A stretch of DNA of 61,705 nt, the filler included, from Bdellovibrionota bacterium (lineage in GTDB: Bacteria > Bdellovibrionota > Bdellovibrionia > Bdellovibrionales > JAEYZS01), in assembly GCA_963169515.1 (NCBI GenBank). It is 8 parts of 8 records of this genome, joined end to end, with 100 filler letters (N's around TTAATTAATTAA, not from the genome) between each part and the next. Parts side by side here need not be neighbours in the genome. Positions count along the whole stretch, not along the records: positions 29,761 to 34,861 come from CAUJEF010000015.1; positions 34,962 to 43,542 come from CAUJEF010000016.1; 6 more parts are not named here. One strand, given 5' to 3'. This document shows, one piece after another, positions 31,308-40,688 of this stretch. The notes below the pieces were generated by a model that saw only the letters and a program-made list of their open reading frames with translations, did not search any database and was not told the origin of the DNA. Every line of letters begins with the position of its first letter. Within the stretch, counting starts at the first letter, position 1. The position numbers and the translations under genes were made by a program.

Positions 31308-33542
31308 ATGCGTTTACCGATTCGCATGAAAATGTTCATCCTCGTGATGATCATTTTAGTTGGCGCGACCAGCGCAGTGATTTTTAAGACACGATCAATT
31401 TTTTTTGAAGACAAGTTCGACTTTGTTAAGCAATTGTCGAGTAAGCTCTCTGCGAGCACTGCAAAGCTCGTTTCAGAAAGAATGGTCGAATACCAAAATA
31501 AACTTGCGGCATTTGTTAGTACGCGCGAGTCCCTAAAAAAAATTAGATCCAAAGGAAATGAATTAAACGAAATTCTTTTTGAACAGCAGCCGGAATTCTT
31601 GTTGGTGTCGCTCCAATCTATGAAGGGTGGCGATTGGATCACAGATTGGACTCAGATTAACGATAAGCGTGCAGCTGCAAAGTGGCCGACGAGCTTGCCT
31701 GAAACGCTTATCCGAAGCCTTCAGTATGAAGACCAACCCGGGGTTACGTTTGTTCAACGCATCGCAGATGGGGACGGAAGTCCTTTGTTTGCGTTAACCA
31801 TGTTTGCAGAGGTCAAAGCACCAGATTCAAATAAAATTCAAAAAAACATTGTTATTGGTTTTGTTGAAAAGGATTTTTTGGCCGATGCGGTTGTGGAATA
31901 TAAGGGTGACCTTAATACGGTTTTTATATTGGACAAAGATGGATACGTCGTAAGCCATCCTGAAACAGATGAAATTGGAAAAATCTTAAACGATGATCCG
32001 GTTACAAATGAAATCGTCCAACAAAAACGTCAATCAGCGACCGGAGAATACAAAGCTAAAAATGGGGATTCAATTGTAGCGAGCTATCAATCGATAGCTC
32101 AAACCAACTTACTTTCGGTTGCAACGACTCCGATGGTGTCGGCAATGAAGGCGGCTCGCGATTTGATGCTCACAATTTTTATATTTGGATTAGGATTCTT
32201 GATTATTGGTTTGGTGCTTGCTTTCGTAATTTCATCAAAAATCACAAATCCTATCGGTGAACTACAAAGGAGCGCTGCCCAGATCGGGTCCGGTGATTTT
32301 AAAGCACCGGTCAATATTTCCACAGGTGATGAGGTTGGCGAACTTGCAAAAAGCATCGACAAGATGAGAATAAGTTTGATTGAACGTGATGAGCAAATTG
32401 AATCTTCAAAGATAGCACTCGTACAAAGCGAAAAAATGTCGGCATTTGGTCAACTCAGCGCGGGCATTGCACACGAAGTGAAAAATCCTCTTGCGGGAAT
32501 TTTGGGTCACGCACAACTTGCCAAATCAAAAGTGAAAGATGCCGACATTATTAAACATATGAGCGTGATTGAGAAAGAAGCTCGGCGCACAAAAGAAATC
32601 GTTGAAAATCTGATGAGATTTGCACGTGCAGAAAAACCAGAAATGGTCCCGACGGATATCCATGAAACTGTTAGCCGGACCGTAGATCTTGTAGATCATC
32701 AGTTGTCGCTTATGGGCGTAAAACTGTTCAAGCACTTGGACTCTGTTCCGCAGGTCATGGCTAACGGCAACCAAATACAACAAGTATTATTGAACTTGAT
32801 GATGAACGCAGGTCACGCCATGGAAGAAACGAAGGTGAAAGAAATTCACGTCTACACTGAAGACAAGGGGGATATTGTACAGATCCGAGTGATGGATACA
32901 GGGAAAGGCATGACTCCCGAGGTTAAAAAACGGCTGTTCGAGCCGTTTTTTACGACGAAACCTCCAGGCAAAGGTACAGGCCTGGGGCTTTCAGTTTCTT
33001 TTGGTATTGTCCGCGACCACAAGGGTAAAATCTATGTCGAGTCCGAAGCGGGACAGGGAGCTTGTTTTACCATTGATCTACCAAGAAAGGATTCGGGTTT
33101 AAATTTATCTACAGCGGCGCCAATTCCAACAACACCCACAAATACCTCTAAGAAACCGGAAAAAAGCTCTTTTGAAAAGTCGATTGATGATTTTGACACA
33201 AGGAGAGGCATTGTAATTCACACGGATTCTAAAACTGGAGCGGTTCCTATACTTGATTCAAAATTCAAAAAAGCTGTTTCAGATCCTGATCAGCTGGATA
33301 TAAAAGAGGATACGGATCCAAAAATTGCAGATGAAATTATGTATTCTCACGTTGCAAAAAAATCTGAGCCGGACACGTCGACAAAGGAGAGCGTGACAGA
33401 GGCAACAAAGACGGAAATAGAGCCTGCTGAGAAGGTAGCTGAAGAATTGGCTGCGAAAAAGGACAAAGTCTCACCCACTGAAAATAAAAAAGAGGGTGAG
33501 GGTTTTAGAGTAAAAATTAGGAAACCAACTTTGAAAGCATAA
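31308..33542 (+). CDS. Membrane sensor histidine kinase (Cache-like, HAMP, HisKA, HATPase) with a long charged C-terminal tail
   Basis: Two TM segments, FILDKDGYVVSHP (Cache), HAMP ITNPI...DEVGELA, GIAHEVKNPL, GTGLGL. Confidence 0.93.
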   Translation: MRLPIRMKMFILVMIILVGATSAVIFKTRSIFFEDKFDFVKQLSSKLSASTAKLVSERMVEYQNKLAAFVSTRESLKKIRSKGNELNEILFEQQPEFLLVSLQSMKGGDWITDWTQINDKRAAAKWPTSLPETLIRSLQYEDQPGVTFVQRIADGDGSPLFALTMFAEVKAPDSNKIQKNIVIGFVEKDFLADAVVEYKGDLNTVFILDKDGYVVSHPETDEIGKILNDDPVTNEIVQQKRQSATGEYKAKNGDSIVASYQSIAQTNLLSVATTPMVSAMKAARDLMLTIFIFGLGFLIIGLVLAFVISSKITNPIGELQRSAAQIGSGDFKAPVNISTGDEVGELAKSIDKMRISLIERDEQIESSKIALVQSEKMSAFGQLSAGIAHEVKNPLAGILGHAQLAKSKVKDADIIKHMSVIEKEARRTKEIVENLMRFARAEKPEMVPTDIHETVSRTVDLVDHQLSLMGVKLFKHLDSVPQVMANGNQIQQVLLNLMMNAGHAMEETKVKEIHVYTEDKGDIVQIRVMDTGKGMTPEVKKRLFEPFFTTKPPGKGTGLGLSVSFGIVRDHKGKIYVESEAGQGACFTIDLPRKDSGLNLSTAAPIPTTPTNTSKKPEKSSFEKSIDDFDTRRGIVIHTDSKTGAVPILDSKFKKAVSDPDQLDIKEDTDPKIADEIMYSHVAKKSEPDTSTKESVTEATKTEIEPAEKVAEELAAKKDKVSPTENKKEGEGFRVKIRKPTLKA

Positions 33543-33545
33543 CAA

Positions 33546-34861
33546 GTGGACATAAAGAGTATACGGACGGACTTCACAGTATTTGTTGTCGACGATGAGG
33601 AAAGCATCCTCACAATTGTCGAAGAAGCTTTAAAAAAGGCGGGATACCAGTGTGAAACTTTTCCTACCGGAGAGGCGGCTTTTGATCGCATTCAAAAATC
33701 ACCTCCGCACGTTGTATTAAGCGACATCCGTATGCCCGGAATATCTGGGATAGAATTGCTTGAAAAAATACGTGCCGTCAGTCAAGACATCCAGTTTATC
33801 ATCATGACGTCCCATGCCAGCCTGGACACAGCAATTACAGCGATGCGCCTTGGGGCTTACGATTATCTTCATAAGCCCTTTGAAGACCTGGAAGATGTTG
33901 TAAAAACGGTTGATCGAACGATTGAAAAACTTTTCCTTCAATATGAGAACGAACAACTTCTTGCAGAACTTGAAACAAAAAATAAAGCACTTTCTCAGCT
34001 CAACACGCGAATTTCACAAGAAAAGGAAGAGGTGCTTCTGATTAACAACCTTATGGCAAAAATGTCAAAGGCGCGCGGAATCTCAGAGGTTATTCAGACC
34101 TTTGTTGATCATACAAGCGTAATGTTGGGTAGTGTTCCCATAATTTTTTTGTCTTATTATCCGACCTATTTTTCCTATGTCGTTACAAATTGTGCATTGC
34201 TGGATAAAGAAAAGGTAAAAAATGTTGGTATAAATTTGAAGGATCAACCAAAAGAAGTTGCCGAGCTTTTGATCAAAGATCCGCATAATGCGCCATTGTT
34301 AAAGCAGCTGGTCGAGAAGTTTTTTAACACGACAGCCTATTTGGCGTTGCCAATCGCAGATGATGCCGGTCCCAGAGGTATTTTTATTATTCTTAAGGAA
34401 TTGACCGATGTTTCTCAGCGACGCTTGTTAGACAGTTTTGTGCAAATTTTCTTAGTTTCACATTCAAACGCTGTTATGCAGAAAAACATTCACGATATGG
34501 CTATTAAAGATCCGCTTACAGGTTTATTTAACCGGCGCTTTTTTAACCAAAAATTGGAAGAAGAAATAAGTCGATCGCGAAGAACACGTATGCCTGTTTC
34601 TGTTATATATTTTGACGTTGACCATTTTAAAAAATACAACGATCAAAACGGGCATCCAATGGGAGACGTGCTTCTAAAAATGATTTCAAAAATTTTGCAG
34701 CAATCGGCCCGAGCCAATGATATTGTCGCGCGGGTGGGCGGTGAAGAGTTTGTTTATATCCTTCCCCACACCGATAAAATGGGTGCGGCAATTAAAGCAG
34801 AGAAGCTGCGCAGAACTATTGAGGCCACAAACTTTCCCCATGGGGAAAAGCAACCACTGGG
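33546..34861 (+). CDS. Response-regulator diguanylate cyclase (REC...GGEEF), contig-truncated
   Basis: REC VVDDE / SDIRMPG / HKPF; DPLTGLFNRR, DVDHFKKYND, GHPMGD, I-site RAND, RVGGEEF. Confidence 0.93.
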
Positions 34862-34961
34862 NNNNNNNNNNNNNNNNNNNNNNNNNNNNNNNNNNNNNNN
34901 NNNNNTTAATTAATTAANNNNNNNNNNNNNNNNNNNNNNNNNNNNNNNNNNNNNNNNNNNN
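34862..34961. other. Artificial contig-join spacer
   Basis: N44-TTAATTAATTAA-N44. Confidence 0.99.
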
Positions 34962-35224
34962 ACCAACAAATCGAACGAATGGTGAAGGGTATCTTCGACC
35001 TGTGGAAAGAAAAAAAAGTTGTAACATTCAAAGAAGATGAGCGAACAATTTTCGAACGCGCCTGCCTGTTGATTCGTCAAGAGTTTGATAAGGAGAAGCA
35101 AATAGACGCTGAAGCCAATCGAATGGTTGAAGAACTTGAGCGGCAACAGCCCGGATTGGAACGGCATAAGCTCTTTGTTGGAATTAAAAAACGCTTGGCC
35201 AAAGATAAAGGAGTCGTTTTGTGA
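34962..35224 (+). CDS. DUF507-like protein (5' end truncated)
   Basis: Frame open from the contig edge (QQIERMVKG...); C-terminal KKRLAKDKGVVL is typical of the first member of DUF507 pairs. Confidence 0.65.
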
Positions 35225-35496
35225 TTTTATCCGATGATCGGAAATCTCATTTCGCACATGTTGTTGCTGATGGGATCTGGAGCGATGACCTAGTTGAATT
35301 CACGGACGAGGACTTTGCGATTCGGTTGGCAAGACAGGCAGTTGACAAGTTCTGTGCGCAAATCGACCAGCTTGATGATGTTGTTCGGGACAAGCTGCGC
35401 TCTCTTAAGCGCGGAGTTGTCGAAGGAAGCCCGGAATGGGAGACTTTGTATGGTAAGTACTTCGAGGAAGAATTAAAGCGCCGTGGCAATCTGTGA
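35221..35496 (+). CDS. DUF507-like protein
   Basis: VVEGSPEWETLYGKYFEEELKRRG motif; 4-bp overlap with the upstream ORF. Confidence 0.75.
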   Translation: MILSDDRKSHFAHVVADGIWSDDLVEFTDEDFAIRLARQAVDKFCAQIDQLDDVVRDKLRSLKRGVVEGSPEWETLYGKYFEEELKRRGNL

Positions 35497-35594
35497 TGAC
35501 GAATTTTTGGGCAATTTGCGCAGGTACTTTATTATTGAATTCATAGTTTTCGTTGATATAACTCATATTAAATTAAGGGAATAACGAGGCTTAT

Positions 35595-36968
35595 ATGTCT
35601 AGAATTTTTGGATTTTTTATAATTTTTGCTTCGCTAGCAGCCAGTGCCGCAGATTTGAATTGGACAGGCGGTTATCGGTTGGAATCAAGCTTCATCAAAA
35701 ACAATAACCTCGTCGGTTCTGGTCAACAAGAAAAGGAATATTTCAATCATCATTTAGTGCTTCGACCCCAAATGATTGTTGGCGATGGAATTACTGTTCG
35801 CTCAAAGTTTGATATTTTTAATGGGCAGAACTTGGGTTCACAGTTTGGTCAATTTTTTGGGAATAATTCTACCGCTGGCGCAAATACAAATTCTGGTGCG
35901 ACAGGAACGGTTCCATCGGAAACATTGCAGGTGAATGAGCTTTACCTGACATGGACGCAGGGTTTTGGTTCATTCATCGGCGGTCGCGCTCCAGTCCAGT
36001 TTGGTTTGGGATTAACCCATAATGCGGGAACTGGGGAATTTGATCACTGGTTCGATGTTAAAGATTTGGTCGGATATAAAGTTGTGTTTGGAAACTTCTA
36101 TATTTTTCCAATGCTTGCAAAAATCCGTGAAGACCGCACCGACATTGATGACGATATCAATGATTTCATGGTCGAATTTATGTATGAGAATTTGGACACT
36201 GATTTAACGCTTGGCCTTTTTTACCAATCCAGAGCGTCTACAAATTCAGGTAACGACTTGTTGGCAGCTTCTCCATACGGTGGAAACACAAAGGCTTCTG
36301 AACTTGATGTGAAGGATTTTAACTTCTACGTTGCTAAAAAACTAGGAAATCTCTCTTTTGCAATTGAAACGGGTTATCAGTCGGGTAACACGGGTATCAC
36401 AAACGGTGTTGGCGGCGAAGAAGTGATAATCGAGGGCTTTGCCGTTGCCGGAGACTTGAATTATAAAGCTCCGGGCTCAGCTTGGGATTGGAATTTAAAA
36501 GCGGGCTCTGTTAGTGGCAATGATTCAAGCTCTGCATCCAAATATGAAGGATATCTTGCAGACCGCAACTATGATGTTGGTATGTTGCTATTTAATTACT
36601 CTATGGGCGGCGGGGATATTTTAGGAACAGGATCGTTTACAAACCTTGAAGTAAATAAAAATGTTGATGTAGAGTTTTTATCGAATGCGATTTATATTTC
36701 TCCAGGCACTCATTGGAAATGGAATGATAAATGGGGCATGAATGGTCGCTTTGTTTATGCCATGCTGTCGAAAGAACAATTTGTGGGTGGCGGAAAAGAT
36801 TTAGGCATGGAACTTGATCTGGGCACCTATTATCGCCCGCACGAACGATTAACTTTAAAATTAGATGCTGGAGTGCTGTTCCCGGGAAGTGCATTTGAAG
36901 CTGGAGCGATGGGTTTAGAGTCTGAAACTGCATTTGGGGTTATAACAAAAGCCGCGGTTAGTTTTTAG
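35595..36968 (+). CDS. Outer-membrane beta-barrel (porin/alginate-export-like)
   Basis: Signal peptide, GRAPVQFGLGL, DLGMELDLG, terminal Phe (KAAVSF). Confidence 0.75.
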   Translation: MSRIFGFFIIFASLAASAADLNWTGGYRLESSFIKNNNLVGSGQQEKEYFNHHLVLRPQMIVGDGITVRSKFDIFNGQNLGSQFGQFFGNNSTAGANTNSGATGTVPSETLQVNELYLTWTQGFGSFIGGRAPVQFGLGLTHNAGTGEFDHWFDVKDLVGYKVVFGNFYIFPMLAKIREDRTDIDDDINDFMVEFMYENLDTDLTLGLFYQSRASTNSGNDLLAASPYGGNTKASELDVKDFNFYVAKKLGNLSFAIETGYQSGNTGITNGVGGEEVIIEGFAVAGDLNYKAPGSAWDWNLKAGSVSGNDSSSASKYEGYLADRNYDVGMLLFNYSMGGGDILGTGSFTNLEVNKNVDVEFLSNAIYISPGTHWKWNDKWGMNGRFVYAMLSKEQFVGGGKDLGMELDLGTYYRPHERLTLKLDAGVLFPGSAFEAGAMGLESETAFGVITKAAVSF

Positions 36969-37025
36969 CAACATGAATTCAGCTTGTATGGCAACTTGAT
37001 TCACAAGCTAACAGCGGTATTTTGC

Positions 37026-37053
37026 AGCCCAGGGGGAAACCCCTGGGTTTTTT
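37026..37053 (+). terminator. Rho-independent terminator
   Basis: AGCCCAGGGG-GAAA-CCCCTGGGTT followed by a T-run. Confidence 0.85.
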
Positions 37054-37064
37054 GAACCATAGCG

Positions 37065-37667
37065 ATGATTTTATTTTTCTTTTTATTCCAAATTGTGTTT
37101 GCCGACGATGCAAAACTGCAATCCGTGGAAGCATTGGATGACAAGCCATACGTTCCACAAATAAAAGACTATGGTTTAGAGCTTGGAAATGCATTTGAAG
37201 ACCAATCTTTATACGCTCTTGGATTTAATGCAGGTTTTCATCTTGGCACATGTGTTGGAACGAACAGCCAATCTTGTCAGCAGTTTTTAGATGGTATCGT
37301 GAATTTATTGGGACGTGAAGCGCGCCAACACTGGATCGGATTGGCTTCTTTACGATGGCAGTTTGTTAACTTTCCGTCGCCATGGGGCCCGTTTGCGCGC
37401 CTTTTTATTGGTAACAAACTATCGATCGTTCCTGGGCGTGACGATTATTCCACGTTTACTTACGGAGGGGGCTTGGGATTGGCGCGATACCTTCATCCGC
37501 GGGTGGATTTGCGAGTAGAAGTCCGAGCATTTCAGTCCGAAGAGCTGTACTCTGAGGTTTTGATTAGCTTCCAATTTAAAATTGATGAATGGGTAAAATA
37601 TTTCAATGAAAAACTAGAGGGCATAAGTCTGCCGGCGCTTCCCAAAATTCCGATAATTCACGAATAG
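37065..37667 (+). CDS. Hypothetical exported small beta-barrel-like protein
   Basis: Short signal peptide; amphipathic strands such as TYGGGLGLARYLHPRVDLRVEVR. Confidence 0.6.
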   Translation: MILFFFLFQIVFADDAKLQSVEALDDKPYVPQIKDYGLELGNAFEDQSLYALGFNAGFHLGTCVGTNSQSCQQFLDGIVNLLGREARQHWIGLASLRWQFVNFPSPWGPFARLFIGNKLSIVPGRDDYSTFTYGGGLGLARYLHPRVDLRVEVRAFQSEELYSEVLISFQFKIDEWVKYFNEKLEGISLPALPKIPIIHE

Positions 37668-37675
37668 CCAAGTTC

Positions 37676-37706
37676 AAAATAAAAACCCCGTGGTTTGAAC
37701 ACGGGG
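37676..37706 (-). terminator. Rho-independent terminator of the 37746-39194 gene
   Basis: Minus strand reads CCCCGTG-ttcaaac-CACGGGG-TTTTTATTTT. Confidence 0.8.
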
Positions 37707-37745
37707 CAAGAAGAAGGTTAAGGTTGGTCGGACAATAAAACTTTC

Positions 37746-39194
37746 TTAGTTAAAAAAACCAAATTCCGATGATGATCGAGTCGAACTTACATTTTGAGCG
37801 GCGTCTAGCCACGCATCGTAATTTCTTAAGCCGCCGCGCCCGCGGGCACCAGTCCCAAGATTATCAAGACCACGTGAGTTCCCACAGCGGGTGTTTGATG
37901 CCATAACGGAATCGTAACAGTTTGAAGAATCCAATAATATATTGTCGGATGTACGGAAATTACGGCCAGAAAAATCCTGTCGTGTTCCACCAGAGCGAGA
38001 AAAACGATTATTGAAAGTCGATGGGTACATCAAACTATTCAAATCATCGTATGTTTCAGTAAACATTGGATTGCCACCTAGGCCCGTGATCATTGGCATC
38101 GAATCCATGTAATCCGATAGCAAGTTACGATAATCATCGGATGTTATACCCCATGGGTCACTTGATGGCTGACCTAGGGATGATGTCAACGTCATTTGGT
38201 ATTGGCGATTTAAAGTTTTGATTTTATCAGATAAAATTTGTGGATCTACGCGAACACCATAATAAGTTTCTGAATCAACGGCTTGCTGCATAATACCGTC
38301 CAGTTGGAGCTGATAGTATTCAGGTATATTTACGCTTTTGAATTCACGCTCCTGATAGTCGTATGCGTACATCGTCGGTTGCATAAAACGTGAATATTTA
38401 TACGCAGCCATGATCGATTTGTAGAGCTCGGGTTCGCGAGAAGTAACGTCTAGATCCTCGATAAGATTGCGGATATCTTCTGGGTCTGTATCCGAATCGC
38501 GAGCCATTGCCATTACCGCTTTTTTAGCTATTTTCGCATATTTTATGCGAGCCTTTCTGTCGTCATCACCGTAAGTGTCATAGTTTTCGCGGGCACATTC
38601 TAAAATCGCTTCGTTATCATTTTTGCCATCAGCAGTTTTAAAGTCGCAGTCTTTTTCTTTGCTTTTCTTGGCAACAAGTTCTTTTTTTAGCCGCTCTTTT
38701 TCATTTTTTAAGATATTTTTTGCTTCGACATTGATAATGTTCAAGACTTCTCTGTTACCCTTTTCGAGATCTTCGATGCGAATGTCAACGGGGCCACATT
38801 TTTTTGAAATGTGTGAACACGTGCCTTCCACACAAACAGTGGCTTCTGTTGAAGATACCTCTTCAATACAGATTTCTACGGTTTGAGTTGTGGTTGATTT
38901 TGCACCTAAACTGTCAAGATCCCAAGCATCAGGGGACGTGGTCGCTGATGAGTACTTGATTTCTGAAATACGATATTGTTTTCCAGTGTCTGATTTAAAA
39001 CCAAACCCAGGGGAACCTATCCAGCCGCCGAGGCTCCGTTGGTATGGGATTTGAGGCGTAGCCGGGGCAGTTGCCGCATACGTTGTGCTGCCTTCGATCT
39101 GTGCTAGCCGAAGTTGTTCGCTAAATGGATTGAAACTTGTTAACCCCATCAGAGCAACAATTCCCAGTCCTAGTTTAAAGATAACCTTTTTCAT
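37746..39194 (-). CDS. Secreted hypothetical protein
   Basis: AAGGAG RBS before ATG 39194, signal-like N-terminus, paired Cys, own terminator. Confidence 0.75.
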   Translation of the reverse strand: MKKVIFKLGLGIVALMGLTSFNPFSEQLRLAQIEGSTTYAATAPATPQIPYQRSLGGWIGSPGFGFKSDTGKQYRISEIKYSSATTSPDAWDLDSLGAKSTTTQTVEICIEEVSSTEATVCVEGTCSHISKKCGPVDIRIEDLEKGNREVLNIINVEAKNILKNEKERLKKELVAKKSKEKDCDFKTADGKNDNEAILECARENYDTYGDDDRKARIKYAKIAKKAVMAMARDSDTDPEDIRNLIEDLDVTSREPELYKSIMAAYKYSRFMQPTMYAYDYQEREFKSVNIPEYYQLQLDGIMQQAVDSETYYGVRVDPQILSDKIKTLNRQYQMTLTSSLGQPSSDPWGITSDDYRNLLSDYMDSMPMITGLGGNPMFTETYDDLNSLMYPSTFNNRFSRSGGTRQDFSGRNFRTSDNILLDSSNCYDSVMASNTRCGNSRGLDNLGTGARGRGGLRNYDAWLDAAQNVSSTRSSSEFGFFN

Positions 39195-39476
39195 AAACCT
39201 TCTCCTTCGATTCATACTTCACCCTTTCAGTACTCCAAGAATTGGTCCCATTGGCACAGTACGGGGAAACATTTGAAAACACTCGGTTTCTCTGCAAAAA
39301 TAAGCGTGTGCGTTTTGTTGACAGCTGTAATTGATAAAATCGATATTCGGAGATCTAGCAAATATCAAAGCAAATTCGGTAGTTAGGCGTGTAGAGAGTC
39401 TAGACAGAATCTGAACCCAAAAATGCTCTAATTCTTAAACCTTTAAAAACACGCGATTTTCAGCTAAATAGCGGTC

Positions 39477-40688
39477 ATGAAGTTTGAATTTTTAAAGAAT
39501 AATCCCAAGGGGCCTTATGAAGGAATTGCCCTGTCTGATTGGACCGATTGGCGCTGGCAACTGAAGAATTCATTACGAACTCTTTCTGCTTTTCAAAAGG
39601 TCTACGAACTTTCAGCAGAAGAAGAGCGAGGTTTTGAGTCTTCGGCAGGAATTTTTCAAATTCGATCGACTCCGTATTATGCAACTTTAGGATCAAAAAC
39701 AAATCCACAGGACCCGATTCGTTTGATTCAAACGCCAGACTACAAGGAGACGAGCGTCCGCTTTCAGGATATGCTGGACCCGCTTGGGGAAGAAAGTAAC
39801 TCTGTAAATCCCAGATTGGTTCATAGGTATCCGGATCGTGTTTTATTTTTGGTTACAGATTTTTGCTCTGTTTATTGTCGTTTTTGTACGCGCAAGCGCT
39901 TTACCGGAAGCAATCAATCTTTTTTAAACGAAGATGAATATACAAAGGCGCTTGATTACATTAAATCCCACACAGGAATTCGTGAGGTTATTCTGTCGGG
40001 TGGCGACCCGCTGACAGTGTCGGACGACATTATTGAGGATATACTTAAAGATCTACGTAGGATCAACCACATCGAAATTATCCGTATCGGCAGTCGTATG
40101 CCCGTTGTAAATCCGTATAGAGTAACCGATACACTTGTGCAGATTTTTCGTAAATATAAACCTATTTTTTTTATGACTCATTTCAATCATCCAAAAGAAT
40201 TGACGGCAGAATCTGCGGAAGCTGTTGAAAAAATAGTGGATAACGGTACGCCTGTGATGAACCAAATGGTCCTTTTAAATGGCATTAATAATCATCCGGC
40301 AATAATTCAAGCGCTATCTCGACGATTGCTGTCACTGCGAGCAAAACCATACTATATGTTTCAGTGTGATCCTTCAAAAGGCACAGATCACTTGCGGACT
40401 TCAATTCAAGATTCATTAGAAATCCAGCGGGAGCTTTGGGGAAATATTTCAGGTCTTGCAATGCCGAATTTTTCTATTGATATTCCTCATGGCGGCGGCA
40501 AGACCGCAATGGTTCCTAATTTTTTGGTCGAACGCAAGGGGGATGTATGGAACTTCAAAGGATTTGATGGCGTCCACGCAGAGTACATTGACCCTGACAC
40601 GTCTGTTATTCGAAAGCCTATGGATATTGATGATTATCTTGAGGAATGGAACTCGCTAAAAGATGCGAAGAATTTAAACTCGCTCTAG
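39477..40688 (+). CDS. KamA-family radical SAM enzyme (lysine 2,3-aminomutase-like)
   Basis: DWRWQ, DPLGE, HRYPDRVL, CSVYCRFCTR (CxxxCxxC), ILSGGDPL, THFNHP, GGGK (PLP Lys). Confidence 0.92.
   Translation: MKFEFLKNNPKGPYEGIALSDWTDWRWQLKNSLRTLSAFQKVYELSAEEERGFESSAGIFQIRSTPYYATLGSKTNPQDPIRLIQTPDYKETSVRFQDMLDPLGEESNSVNPRLVHRYPDRVLFLVTDFCSVYCRFCTRKRFTGSNQSFLNEDEYTKALDYIKSHTGIREVILSGGDPLTVSDDIIEDILKDLRRINHIEIIRIGSRMPVVNPYRVTDTLVQIFRKYKPIFFMTHFNHPKELTAESAEAVEKIVDNGTPVMNQMVLLNGINNHPAIIQALSRRLLSLRAKPYYMFQCDPSKGTDHLRTSIQDSLEIQRELWGNISGLAMPNFSIDIPHGGGKTAMVPNFLVERKGDVWNFKGFDGVHAEYIDPDTSVIRKPMDIDDYLEEWNSLKDAKNLNSL

Noticed and set aside
34640..34680. Hypr (cGAMP-producing) GGDEF enzyme
   Set aside because: The specificity position reads GHPMGD with the canonical Asp; Hypr enzymes carry Ser/Thr there.
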